Shown: positions 1 to 13,310 of the stretch, piece after piece
Layout: each line of letters starts with the position of its first letter
Position numbering within the stretch: the first letter of the stretch is position 1
DNA from: Macrostomum lignano
Taxonomy: Eukaryota
NCBI GenBank assembly: GCA_002269645.1
Contig: NIVC01000954.1
Span: 62,001 to 126,000 of the forward strand
Direction: 5' to 3'
Length of the DNA: 64,000 nt
Translations under genes and position numbers: made by a program
Notes under the pieces: model-generated
Told to the model about the DNA's origin: nothing
The model's database searches: none
Seen by the model: only the letters and a program-made list of their open reading frames with translations

Positions 1-720
1 TGATACTTGCCGATATGTATCGTAATATTCTTTCTGCCCTAACAAATCATCTGTGCCGCACTTTCAGCTTCACTCTTACTCTTTAATAAGGTATAGAAGG
101 AAAGGAAAATTAAACAATTAATATTAAATTATATTCAAGTGAAAGAGAATTGAAAATACTAATAAATCCGTTCCTGCTAAAAAAATTAAATATAAAAAAA
201 GAACTTGGCCCACTTGGGATTCGAACCCCTGTTTAGGCCATTTACAGAGCAACTGCCTTCGGCCCCGATCCATCTCTCGCTTAAGCGAAACTCTACAGTG
301 CACGCGCTTTATATCGAATATTCCCTATGGTAGCCACTTATACGATTTTTGCTGCTTTTTCATACATTTCTGCTCGCTGCATCGCAACGCCTTAACCTAA
401 AAATACGAGTCGCATGTCGTTACAATCAAAACATCAAGGCGCATTCATCTAATTCATTTTCAAATTATGTCAACAAATTTTTTCGGCTGCTAGGCGCCAA
501 ATTATGAATTTTTACCTGTTCTGACAGGTATTCAAACAGGTATTAAGACCTGTTAACCTAAGAATCAGTTTTCAAAACTTATTTAGTTGCATAGTGCATC
601 CATAATGCTGTTTTTAGACACCAAACTTGAGTCTCTAGGTCTCGCCAATGCAGAGTTATTAGCAAAAGTATGCTCAAAATTTGCCCGAAAATGGCCTACT
701 CAAAATTCGGAGCCAATTTT

Positions 721-2430
721 CTCAAAAATACGAATTTTCCAGCCATATTGGCGTATGACCGGTGAAACTTCAGCTATTCGACTAAACAATATTGAAAATG
801 CAGAAAAATCGGTGCGCAAAATTTCTTATTTTTCGACTTCAAAGTTTGTACCCCAAATGGGCCGTTTTTCACTTAACAGGTAAAAAGTACCTGTTAACAG
901 GTATTTTTTCCAGAGTGTCTTGCGCCATTCGAACGGGCATCCGATGGGCTACAATTTGACACCACACTCGAAAAAATTCGCCCAGTAATAAAAATTTTTC
1001 TTTAACAACATATGCTTTTTTGATCGAGTCCCCCGGCCTCTTTTTTCCCCGGTTTCCGGGTCACTGCTCCGCACCGGTAGGTCCAAATGCTTAGAAAATT
1101 TAGGAAAACAAATTTCCATATGTTTGACACGTTTTGTTAAAATCTCAACACCGTAGCTTAAAACACTTTCTTATTTTTGGAGACTACTTTTTGAAAACGT
1201 GACCCAAATTTTCAAAAACACTCTTTTTGACCCTTGTAGCCATATAGAGCAGCAATGAATGGCCCAATCAAGCAGATCTCAGCATTTCCGAATAAAAGAC
1301 ATCCATTTGAGTGATTTGGGTTGAAAAATTGAAAAAATCAAGATTTGCATCTGTATAGGATAAGCCTCTTTAAAGTGCACAAACGGTTTGTACTTTTAAA
1401 GTGCAGATAGGCAGCCATGTCAAAAGTACATTTTAGCCCAAAAAATTATAGCGCATCTAAAAGCCCCAGGTGTTGTTGACATTAGGCAGCAGCTCAAAAG
1501 CCGCGCTATTGCGCGTCCTTTTCGCTGCAGTACGGGCAAGGTTGAAAAACATGTACAAAAAATTGGCCGAAAAATTGCATTTTTAATAATCAGATGCAGT
1601 TTGCTCAAAAATACGAATTTTCCAGCCATATTGGCGTATGACCGGTGAAACTTTAGCTATTCGACTAAACAATATTGAAAATGCAGAAAAATCGGTGCGC
1701 AAAATTTCTTTTTTTTCGACTTCAAAGTTTGTACCCCCAAATGAGCCGTTTTTCACTTAACAGGTAAAAAGTACCTGTTAACAGGGGTTTTTTCCAGAGT
1801 GTCTTATGTCATTCAAAAGGGCATCCGATGGGCAACAATTTGACACTACACTCGAAAAAATTCGCCCCATTTTAAAAAAATTTCCTTAACAACGTTTGAT
1901 TTTCTGCAGAGCCCCCGGCCTCTTTTTTCCCTGGTTTCCGGGTCACTGCTCAGCACAGGTAGGTCCAAATGCTTAGAAAATTTAGGAAAACAAATTTCCA
2001 AATGTTTGACACGTTGTGTTAAAGTCTCAACACCGTAGCATAAAACACTTTCTTATTTTTTGGGACTACTTTTTAAAAACGTGACCCAATTTTTCGAAAA
2101 TGTCGTTTTTAGGCACTCTTTGGCACCTGGGCAGGTTATTGATGGCCCAATCGGCCAGATCTCAATGTTTCCGAATAGAAGACATCCATTTGAGTAATTT
2201 GGTGTAGAAATATTAAAAAATAAAGTTTTCCATCTCGACGCCATAGGCCTCACAAAAGTGCACTAAAAATTTGTACTTTTAAAGTGCAGATAGGCAGCCA
2301 TGAGAAAAGTACATTTTAGCCAAAAAAACTACAGCGCATTAGACAGCTCAAAGTGTTGTCAACGCTAGGAGACAGCTCAAAGGCCGCGCGAAAGCGCGTC
2401 CTTTTCGCTGCGGTGAGGCAAAGTTGAAAA
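721..2430. repeat. Internal ~883-bp tandem sub-repeat (about 2 copies; repeated at 4445-6150)
   Basis: CTCAAAAATACGAATTTTCC at 721 and 1604; GTGCAGATAGGCAGCC at 1401 and 2284; GCGCGTCCTTTTCGCTGC at 1511 and 2394. Confidence 0.9.
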
Positions 2431-3299
2431 AAATGCCAATTTTTCGACCTCAAAAAACACGTTTTTTGTACTTTTAGCCTAGACGTTAAAGTACAATCAA
2501 AAAATCCATTTCTGATCATTGTAGCGTTTGAATGCCCGCGTCTTTTGAGCACACTCACTAAGCGCTGCCATAATTTCCTGCCGCTGTAATTGAGATCAAA
2601 TTTTTTGACAATGTCGAAAAAACGCAGTTTTTGGTTGCCATGGCAACCAAAACGCATTGCCATGGCAACCAACTATTGTGCATCCGATAGCGCTAGGTCT
2701 TTGACACATTTTGGCAAAAACCGTTTGTAAATCGGTCGTACCGTTTTTTATGCGCAGCGTTTAAAAGTTGAAAAACGTCATTTTCCTATGTGACACCGTT
2801 GCTACATCTTATCAGGGACGATTTCGCAAAAGTAAGCACCATAGAAAAAAATTCTCGCTTCGCTCGCCTTTTTTTCTATACTACTTACTGGCTCATCGTC
2901 CCACAACTAGTGAATGAAGACGCTGTCGTCTTCAAAGGTGGGACGATGGTTTATATATTGTTCGTAACTTTTATGGCCTAATTTTAAATTAAAAAAAAAA
3001 CTAAGAAGCTTAGTTGATTATAATTTAATTTAAACAAAGTTTAAGCATAACTATTTAAAAAAATTAATAAAAATACTTATGATGGTTTATTATGTCCATT
3101 ATTGTTTATGGCTATCACCTATTTATTTAACCCAAATTAAGAACTAATTAAAACGCTATATCGTGTTTTTATATTTTAACGGCTATACTGCATTTTCAAT
3201 TTGATTTAAACAAAGTTTATACATAACTGTGGAAATATAATAATAAAAAATATTTTATTAGATTACAAGAATATCCACTCTGCTGTTGTGTAGAAAGGG

Positions 3300-3650
3300 T
3301 TGTTAAGGCGGTTGTTGTTGTTTGTTGGTTGTAAAAGGGGTTGTTGTTGTTGGGGTTTTTGTTGTTGTTGGGTTGTTGTTGTTGTTGTTGGGGGGTGGTT
3401 GTTGTTGGGGGGTTTGCGTAACGTGGGGGCTGCCGCCCCCACACCCCCGCTCCCCCACCCCTCCCGCGCGTTGTTGTTGGGGAGGGTGGTTGTTGTTGGG
3501 GGTTTGCGTAACGTGGGGGCTGCCGCCCCCACACCCCCGCTCCCCCACCCCTCCCGCGCGTTGTTGTTGGGGAGGGTGGTTGTTGTTGGGGGTTTGCGTA
3601 TTGTGGGGGCTGCCGCCCCCACACCCCCGCTCCCCCACCTAACCCCTCCG
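3300..3650. repeat. G-rich 90-bp tandem repeat (about 3 copies) with (GTT)n microsatellite
   Basis: GGTTTGCGTA at 3411, 3501 and 3591; (GTT)n at 3310-3410. Confidence 0.9.
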
Positions 3651-3924
3651 CAAATTTTCCCACCTCTAACACATCTTTTTAGCACGCTAAAACTGCTTGT
3701 AAGCCTTCTGGCGACCACGCAACACATACTTGCCGATATGTATCGTAATACTCTTTCTGCACTAACAAATCATCTGTGCCGCACTTTCAGCTTCACTCTT
3801 ACTCTTTAATAAGGTATACAAGGAAAGGAAAATTAAACAATTAATATTAAATTATATTCAAGTGAAAGAGAATTGAAAATACTAATAAATCCGTTCCTGC
3901 TAAAAAAATTAAATATAAAAAAAC

Positions 3925-3998
3925 CTGGCCCACTTGGGATTCGAACCCGGGTACATGCAGTTTACAAAGCAATTGCCTTCGGACCCGATCCATCTCTC
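3925..3998 (-). pseudogene. tRNA-like (Tyr-GTA-like) Pol III-type sequence; second copy ~207-280
   Basis: Minus strand has B-box GGTTCGAATCC, an anticodon-like loop (C/T)TGTAAA and a downstream T7 run. The acceptor stem does not pair. Confidence 0.5.
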
Positions 3999-6856
3999 GC
4001 TTAAGCGAAGCTCTACAGTGCACGCGCTTTATATCGAATATTCCGTATGTATGGTAGCCACTTATACGATTTTTGCTGCTTTTTCATACATTTCTGCTCG
4101 CTGCATCGCAACGCCTTAACCTAAAAATACGAGTCGCATGTCGTTACAGAGATAACATCAAGGCGCATCTATCTAATGCATTTTCAAACTATGTCAACAA
4201 ATTTTTTCGGCTGCTAGGCGCCAAATTATGAATTTTTACCTTTTTTGACAGGTATTCAAACAGGTATTAAGACCTGTTAACCTAAGAATCAGTTTTCAAA
4301 ACTTATTTAGTTGCATAGTGCATCCATAATGCTGTTTTTAGACACCAAACTTGAGTCTCTAGGTCTCGCCAATGCAGAGTTATTAGCAAAAGTATGCTCA
4401 AAATTTGCCCAAAAATGGCCTACTCAAAATTCGGAGCCAATTTTCTCAAAAATACGAATTTTCCAGCCATATTGGCGTATGACCGGTGAAACTTCAGCTA
4501 TTCGACTAAACAATATTGAAAATGCAGAAAAATCGGTGCGCAAAATTTCTTATTTTTCGACTTCAAAGTTTGTACCCCAAATGGGCCGTTTTTCACTTAA
4601 CAGGTAAAAAGTACCTGTTAACAGGTATTTTTTCCAGAGTGTCTTGCGCCATTCGAACGGGCATCCGATGGGCTACAATTTGACACTACACTCGAAAAAA
4701 TTCGCCCAGTAATAAAAATTTTTCTTTAACAACATATGTTTTTTTGGTCGAGTCCCCCGGCCTCTTTTTTCCCCGGTTTCCGGGTCACTGCTCCGCACCG
4801 GTAGGTCCAAATGCTTAGAAAATTTAGGAAAACGAATTTCCATATGTTTGACACGTTGTGTTAAAGTCTCAACACCGTAGCTTAAAACACTTTCTTATTT
4901 TTGGAGACTACTTTTTGAAAACGTGACCCAAATTTTCAAAAACACTCTTTTTGACCCTTGTAGCCATATAGAGCAGCAATGAATGGCCCAATCAAGCAGA
5001 TCTCAGCATTTCCGAATAAAAGACATCCATTTGAGTGATTTGGGTTGAAAAATTGAAAAAATCAAGATTTGCATCTGTATAGGATAAGCCTCTTTAAAGT
5101 GCACAAACGGTTTGTACTTTTAAAGTGCAGATAGGCAGCCATGTCAAAAGTACATTTTAGCCCAAAAAATTATAGCGCATCTAAAAGCCCCAGGTGTTGT
5201 TGACATTAGGCAGCAGCTCAAAAGCCGCGCTATTGCGCGTCCTTTTCGCTGCAGTACGGGCAAGGTTGAAAAACATGTACAAAAAATTGGCCGAAAAATT
5301 GCATTTTTAATAATCAGATGCAGTTTGCTCAAAAATACGAATTTTCCAGCCATATTGGCGTATGACCGGTGAAACTTTAGCTATTCGACTAAACAATATT
5401 GAAAATGCAGAAAAATCGGTGCGCAAAATTTCTTATTTTTCGACTTCAAAGTTTGTACCCCCAAATGGGCCGTTTTTCACTTAACAGGTAAAAAGTACCT
5501 GTTAACAGGGGTTTTTTCCAGAGTGTCTTATGTCATTCAAAAGGGCATCCGATGGGCAACAATTTGACACTACACTCGAAAAAATTCGCCCTATTTTAAA
5601 AAAATTTCCTTAACAACGTTTGATTTTCTGCAGAGCCCCCGGCCTCTTTTTTCCCTGGTTTCCGGGTCACTGCTCAGCACAGGTAGGTCCAAATGCTTAG
5701 AAAATTTAGGAAAACAAATTTCCAAATGTTTGACACGTTGTGTTAAAGTCTCAACACCGTAACATAAAACACTTTCTTATTTTTTGGGACTACTTTTTAA
5801 AAACGTGACCCAATTTTTCGAAAATGTCGTTTTTAGGCACTCTTTGGCACCTGGGCAGGTTATTGATGGCCCAATCGGCCAAATCTCGATGTTTCCGATT
5901 GAAAGACATCCATTTGAGTTATTTGGTATACAAAACAGCAAAAATAAAGTTTTCCATCTCGACGCCATAGGCCTCACAAAAGTGCACTAAAAATTTGTAC
6001 TTTTAAACAGCAGATAGGCAGCCATGTGAAAAGTACATTTTAGCCAAAAAAACTACAGCGCATCAGACAGCCTTAAGTGTTTTTAAGGCTAGGAGGCAGC
6101 TCAAAGGCCGCGCGAAAGCGCGTCCTTTTCGCTGCGGTGAGGCAAAGTTGAAAAAAATGCCAATTTTTCGACCTCAAAAAACACGTTTTTTGTACTTTTA
6201 CCTGTAAAGTGAAAGTACAATCAAAAAATCCATTTCGGATCATTTTAGCGTTCGAATGCCCGCGTCTGCTGAGCCCACTCGCTAAGCGCTGCCATATTCT
6301 CAATCCTTATTTTTTGAGATCAAATTTTTTGACAATGTCGAAAAAACGCAGTTTTTGGTTTCCATGGCAACCAAAACGCGTCGCCATGACAACCAAACAC
6401 TGCGGATCTGTTAGCCCTAGGTCTTTGACGCATTTTGGCAAAAACCGTTTGTAAATCGGTCGTACCGTTTTTTATGCGCAGCGTTTCAAAGTTGAAAAAC
6501 GTCATTTTCCTATGTGACACCGTTACCCAATCTTATCAGGGACGATTTCGCAAAAGTAAGCACCATAGAAAAAAATTCTCGCTTCGCTCGCATTAATTTC
6601 TATGCCACTTACTGGCTCATCGTCCCACAACTAGAAAAAAATGAATGAAGCAAACACAAAAGACTCTCAGACACACAGAGTGGGTGGCTCCACTGGAGCA
6701 CAAAGGCAGCCTTTATTTCAAAGAGTTGTTTTCAAGGTATATACTAAGGTAGGTAGCGCAGAGTGAATGTTTGAATGATAATTGTCACTTTAAGTAGTAG
6801 CATGTCAATTTTTCTGGACGTCCAGAAAAAATTCTGGATATTTGTCTGTCATGTGT

Positions 6857-7703
6857 TTATTCATCAATAGAAGCGCTTCCCATTTCGCTAGGGGCTGCTT
6901 CAATCGTGTCGTTCTCTTCTTCATCAAGCATGCTGTCATCCTCTCCTTCAAAGTGCAGTACGATGTCGAGTTCGAGGCGGCATGCGAAATTCTCATCTTC
7001 TGATGCTCTTTGTTCGATTGCCTTCTTGAACGTCAGAAGGGTCTCAAAGCAATATCCAGAAATTACCAGACTCGGGTACTTTGTTGTTAGCTTGTAGAAT
7101 GTAAATAGTCGCTGGGCAAACTTCACATCTATATCTAGCTTTCTTGCAACTCCTTCAATGCTCAGTCCGAGTTTTTCTTGCAACGCAGGAATTACTTCTG
7201 CTTGCTTCTTCCTGGCAATACAACCCAGCACTTCAAGGTCGGCGATGAAACCTTCCAGTTGATTGAACCGTTGGATCATGCGAGTCTTATCATCGCCAAT
7301 GATAGATGTGCACACCTCCTTTGCGTTGTAGAACCTATAATGAAAATGGACTCAAGTTATGATATTTGCTTTTATTCAATGAAATTATGGAGAATGAAAC
7401 CGAAACTTACCGAGTCTTGATAGTTGTTACTTCGTTTGTCACTCCTCTCATTTTTTCGATAAGGCATCCAATAAATCGGCTTTCTCTAATAGATTTAGAA
7501 TCGCTCTCTTTGCTCTTCTCTTCCTTCTTATCCTTCTTGAAGGACTCACATTCAATCTTTCGCAGTTTTTCCAGTAATGAGTTCTGCTCCTCGCTAGACA
7601 AGCGACTAACTGCAACTGCTGAACTTGATTGGTCTTTTGAGCTAATACTCTTAATCGTGGAAACTATTTTAGATGGAAGCTTTCTATCGCTGGAAGAAGC
7701 CAT
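6857..7703 (-). CDS. Unknown ~257-aa two-exon protein ('gene X'): exons 7703-7411 and 7334-6857, phase-2 intron 7410-7335
   Basis: CG|GTAAGT donor and TTTTCATTATAG| acceptor join MASSSDRK...TIKTR to FYNAKEVCTSIIG... in frame. A paralogue at 24.1-24.9 kb has the same intron position. Confidence 0.75.
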
Positions 7704-8243
7704 TTGAAATATGTTGTATAGATAGAATTCTAGACCTAAAGTAAATTTTCTCTTGCTCTTGCTTGCTAAGCTAAATGAAACTAATATAGCGATGGAGGGG
7801 AGGGTTGCAGTCAGCCGATAACAGGTTACAACTAGCAAAAGTGTGTGGGTGTGAGCCACGCGTTAAACTTAATATGATGTGTGTGAGTGTATTTGTTTCA
7901 ACAAAGAATCTCTAACAATTACTCACGCATTCGTTGTGCGAATTGAGATAGAGAGTATCTTTTAATAAACACACACAAATAACTAGCATAACGTTTGAGA
8001 GTTAGTGAGTGTGCCAGTCCTGCATCAGCCTGTAAATTGTTGTGAAAGACAGCTAGCATGAGGGGTGCGCCTAGTGTCTTTTATGAGTTGAATAAGGGGG
8101 TTTGATGAAGATAAAAAACACTGAACTCCTGTGAGAGTCTCGGAGAGTTGCAGCGGAGTGTGGTGTGAGTCAGTCTCAATCTCTCAATCAGCGAAACCAG
8201 AATTAAAAAACCAGATTGTAACTGCTAAATTTTCTTAGAAAAA

Positions 8244-8481
8244 ATGGAAGCTAATAACCCAAATGTTCGAAATGCTCTGCCACAAAAATACTATAATTCT
8301 ATTATAAGTTTCTCTCAAATAAAAACACCCACTCGAAAGGCTCGACTAATTGAAGAAATTGATATAGCTTACGATGAGTATAAGTAGAAATATTAAAACA
8401 CACCGATTGTAAATGCCCCCCATATTTGTATTCATTCAGAGTATATCTTGCACATGTTGATAAATGGGCATTGATTTCGAG
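8244..8481 (+). pseudogene. Disrupted copy of the small 'MEAN(Y/N)PNVRNALPQK' ORF
   Basis: 8220-8481 aligns with 25465-25731. This copy has a stop and a frameshift. Confidence 0.55.
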
Positions 8482-8751
8482 ACGCTTCTTTTTAATATAT
8501 TCTAGTTCCTCACCTGCTTTAGACATGTCACTGTATGTTTTCTTTGCGTCGAATATGTTCTTCGCTGTGGTAGCTGTTTTACCTATTGCATCAGCTCCAC
8601 TCACAATTTTACTTCCATGATTTGATAAAAAGTTTGTGACACCACTGATCATATCACCAATTCCTTCACCCTTTTTATCAGCTAGTAGCTGTGAATCAGA
8701 CGTTTCAATCTGACCCTTTGCTCGTTTGCAGTTTGTTCGATATGCGCTCAT
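8470..8751 (-). CDS. Small basic protein with a GEGIGDMISGVTNFL amphipathic-type motif, directly downstream of the integrase
   Basis: Lies within ORF 8302..8829, ATG at 8751. The resemblance to small Polinton/Maverick proteins is an inference. Confidence 0.4.
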
Positions 8752-10796
8752 TTTTAGTTGAAAAATTTGCTGGTAGAAGCTGAGATTTGTAAAATGATCA
8801 GATAATTTCTTCCCCATTCTCATCCTCAATAATGTAGGTTATGGGATTTGAAGAAACTATTTTCTTTATCCTAAACACTTCTGAAATTTTCCAATAACCT
8901 CTTCGACCCTTTTCAAAGTGCTCCTTATATCTATAGATATGAACTTTGTCACCTACTTTGAAGTTTGGTTTCTCATTTGAATACTCGAAGGAAGGCTTTA
9001 GTAATCGCTCAGGATGTTTAGATGCTTCTGAAGGAGTTATCAGAATTTCAGAATGGATTGTATTGTTGTATTTTTCAACAATAGTTGGCAATATGTGGAG
9101 CCACTTCTGGTTTCCTTGTAGATCAAATTCAAACCAGAGTTTATTTGTGAGAGTACGATTGAACCTCTCAATCATTGCATTCTTGGACTCGCCATAAATT
9201 GAAAACATCTTGTTAATATATTCACCCTTTTCATCCTTCTTTCTAATGTTGTCTTTTGAAAACGAGTATAACTTGTACATATGCTGATTATAAAACTCTT
9301 TGCCTTCATCTACAAAGTCTCTCTGATCGTCTTCCTGATTCCTTAAATACTTTTTGGAAAGCTTCTGCAACTTCCGCTCCCGTCTTTGTTTTCAAAGGAA
9401 CTGCCCAGGTGTAACGTGTACAACCATCTATGATAGTGAGAGCATATTTGTAACCTCTTTCATGTGGTAGGATAATGATATCTGCATGCCAAATTGTGTT
9501 TTTTGCATAGTGAATCATTTTTCTAAACAGTCTTGGTTTTCTATATTCCCTACGCAATTTTACTGCATCTTCATAGCTAAGACCTTTTCCGTATATAGTT
9601 AGACAGTCTATACAATTGTTGGGGTTGTGAGTATGAATTCCTAATCCAAACCGAACTTTAGCATTGATAATACGCTTTACTAGATTTCTAATGAGTCTCT
9701 CCTTTACCGACAAGTCACTAGTTGGAATCGCATCTGAATCAGCTATCATTTTTTCATCAGCAATATGCTTCTTTGCTAAAGCTTCCTCTGGAGTTGAAGA
9801 CGTCTTTTTAGCATCTCTATAGTTTTTGTCATGATAATAAGCAGTCCAATCGATTGGGTTGATTGGTGGACTGTCATACCGAGGCCAGTCTGTAATTGGA
9901 TTGAGTCTTTTGTCTGGATTTGTATCAGGCAGTTGATCCTCAATCTTTCGAAAGAGGCTGGACTTTATCTTAAGGCATCATCAGGATTGACCAGATCCTT
10001 CAGCCCCACCTCCATACTCGTAAAGTCTCTGAACCTTCTCCATATCCTTGTCAACTTTAATGGACGTACCATAGGTACTCGATCAAAGATCAGACTTAGG
10101 AGCTTGGCTGCGGATTTCCACCACGTCCTCAAGCTTGTTACCGTTGGGAACAGGAATTACCTGTGTTCCTTCAGAAGATTTCTCAGCTGAAGTGGTACTT
10201 GAGGCTTTTGAAGGAGTTCCCGCAATTTGAAGGTGTCGCCATTAACTAAGCACTTGTTTAACCTTGGTTATAATGTTTGTGTATTGATCCCCATAAAGAA
10301 ATTTCAATGCAAATTCGCCTGTTACAAGGGTGATTCCATTGTCTAGTAAAATATTCTTAGGTTGGTTTTTTTATTGATGCATACATAAAACAACTGGTAG
10401 GTCGGATAAGACTTTTTATAGTCTAATCCTATATACTAAAAATGGTCTGTCTGTGTCTATCTATCTATCTATCTATCTATCTATGTGATCGATTAGAGAA
10501 AAAAATGGCTTGACCGATTTTGTTCAAACTTGCACTGTTCGATCAGAAATTTTCCCGTGACTGTACATGCATCGCGGCTAAGAAATTTCTCGATGCTAAA
10601 GGCATTAAATATTCGAAAAACATGCTTTTTTGCAAAGGTCAAGCAAACTTTTCGACTTGAAATGCATTGTAAGAATGCTAGAGAAAAAACTGACTGGTTG
10701 AATTCTGGTTCTGAAATAGATTGCATCATCACTGAATTGTAACTCCGACTTGAATTGAAAATGCAGTGTGGAAGCGTAGCACCAGACTTGATTTAA

Positions 10797-12470
10797 ATCA
10801 TAGTAGAAAATAGTTTAAATAGTTTAAAAATCATAGTAGCGTCATGTAAAAAATCGTAGAAGCGTCATATAAAAAATTATAGAAGCGTCATATAAAAATC
10901 ATAGATGCGTCATTTAAAAAATCATAGAAGCATCATATAAAAATCATAGATGCGTCATTTAAAAAACCATAGAAGCATCATGTAAACAATCATAGAAGCG
11001 TCATTTAAAAAATCATAGAAGCATCATATAAAAATCATAGATGCGTCATTTAAAAAATCATAGAAGCATCATGTAAACAATCATAGAAGCGTCATTTAAA
11101 AAAATCATAGAAGCGTCATATAAAAATCATAGATGCGTCATTTAAAAAATCATGGAAGCGTCATGTAAACAATCATAGAAGCGTCATGTGAAAATCATAG
11201 AAGCGTCACGTAAAGAATCATAGAAGCGTCATGTAAACAATCATAGAAGCGTCATGTAAACAATCATAGAAGCGTCATGTAAAAAATCATAGAAGCGTCA
11301 TGTAAACAATTATAGAAGCGTCATGTAAAAAAATCATAGAAGCGTCATGTAAACAATCATAGAAGCGTCATGTAAACAATCATAGAAGCGTCATGTAAAC
11401 AATCATAGAAGCGTCATGTAAAAAATCGTAGAAGCGTCATTTAAAAAATCATAGAAGAGTCATGCAAAAATCATAGATGCGTCATTTAAAAAATCATGGA
11501 AGCGTCATGTAAACAATCATAGAAGCGTCATGTAAAAAATCATAGAAGCGTCATATAAAAATCATAGATGCATCATTTAAAAAAATCATAGAAGCGTCAT
11601 ATAAAAAATCATAGAAGCGTCATGTAAAAATCATAGAAGCGTCATGTAAACAACCATAGAAGCGTCATGTAAACAATCATAGAAGAGTCATGTAAACAAT
11701 CATAGAAGCGTCATGTAAGCAATCATAGAAGCGTCATGTAAACAATCATAGAAGCGTCATGTAAAAAATCATAGAAGCGTCATGTAAAAAATCATAGAAG
11801 CGTCATGTAAGCAATCATAAAAGCATCATGTAAACAATCATAGAAGCGTCATGTAAACAATCACAGAAGCGTCATGAAAAAAATCATAGAAGCGTCATGT
11901 AAACAATCATAGAAGCGTCATGTAAACAATCATAGAAGCATCATGTAAAAAAATCATAGTAGCGTCATGTAAACAATCATAGAAGCGTCATGTAAAGAAT
12001 CATAGAAGCGTCATGTAAACAATCATAGAAGCGTCATGTAAACAATCATAGAAGCATCATGTAAAAAAATCATAGTAGCGTCATGTAAACAATCATAGAA
12101 GCGTCATATAAAAATCATAGATGCGTCATTTAAAAAATCATAGAAGCGTCATGTGAAAATCATAAAAGCGTCACGTAAAGAATCATAGAAGCGTCATGTA
12201 AACAATCATAGAAGCGTCATGTAAACAATCATACAAGCGTCATGTAAACAATCATAGAAGCGTCATGTAAAAAATCATAGAAGCGTCATGTAAACAATCA
12301 TAGAAGCGTCATGTAAACAATCATAGAAGCGTCATTTAAAAAATCATAGAAGCGTCATGTAAACAATCATAGAAGCGTCATGTAAAAAATCATAGAAGCG
12401 TCATGTAAAAAATCATAGAAGCGTCATGTAAAAATCGTAGAAGCGTCATTTAAAAATCATAGAAAATCAT
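10797..12470 (+). repeat. ~23-bp satellite (AATCATAGAAGCGTCATGTAAAC)n, array 1
   Basis: Direct tandem array of about 70 variable 22-24-bp units. Confidence 0.97.
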
Positions 12471-13310
12471 AAAAATCAAAAATTAAATGCAGCTATAATG
12501 CTGTGCTGGGGAGAAAAACTGAGACGTAAAGGCTCTCAGAGAATAACTGCTGAGATTACGGGGGGGGGGGTTCTGAGATGTCAAAGCAAAAGTCAGAAGC
12601 TACTTCAAAGTTCATGTACTTTACTCAATTTTTTTATTGCATTCTTTGTTGGCTCGCCACGGGAGGCGCTTATAGAAGAAGAGTCATGTAAAAAATAAAA
12701 GTAGCACTACGAGCGTATGTACGAGCTATACATAAAATAAAAGTCATGTTCAAGTTAAAAGATTCATTTGGGAATTGCTACGATGTCAAAGCTTGGTGGA
12801 AATCGTTATAGTGCTGTGATTCTTAAAGAAGGAATCACTAAAATGTCAAGGCTTAGGGGAGAAGAATTGCTGAGATTTCAAGGCTTTAGGTTGGGTTAAA
12901 GTTAGGTTTAGGTCAGGTGTGGGTTGAGGGTTATATTTTATCGGGTTTCAAGGTTAACAGAATAACAGGGGATTTTTTAGATTTCACGGTTTATGGAGGC
13001 CATCGCTGACATGTTAAGGCTTACGGGGGGAATAGCTGAGATGTCAAGGCTCACGGGGTATAAATGAGATTTCAAGGCTAAAGTCAGAAGCTACATGTAG
13101 TTTATTGAAAACTTTTTATTACATTATTTGATGCCTCCTCAGGGGAGGGATCGCTGATAAAAAAAGCGTAATGTAAAAAATAAAAGAAGCTTCATGTCGA
13201 AGTTAAGAGATTCATTTGGGAATCCCTACGATGTCGAGGCTTGCAGGAAATCGTTATAATGCTGTAGTAGTGCTATAGTGACTCTTAGAGACAATTACTG
13301 AAATTTCAAT

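Larger units (their letters stand above)
3..6650. repeat. Tandem duplication of a ~3.72-kb unit (3-3725, then partial copy 3726-6650)
   Basis: Sequence at 3 recurs at 3726. ORF-track pairs 587/4311, 1420/5144 and 2053/5777 are offset by 3724. Homology ends after CACAACTAG...TGAATGAAG at ~6650. Confidence 0.95.

Noticed and set aside
207-280. Functional tRNA genes here and at 3925, 41333 and 58528
   Set aside because: Acceptor and D stems do not pair; only the B-box and anticodon loop are recognisable.
587-6520. Short ORFs in the 3.7-kb tandem unit
   Set aside because: No domain or start context; they recur only because the DNA is duplicated.
6793-6801. AGTAGTAG as the left Polinton terminus
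   Set aside because: No matching inverted copy or TSD, and no similarity to the 23678 repeat beyond the AGT triplets.
10797-12470. 23-bp arrays as CRISPR
   Set aside because: The units are contiguous with no unique spacers, there are no cas genes, and the context is eukaryotic.
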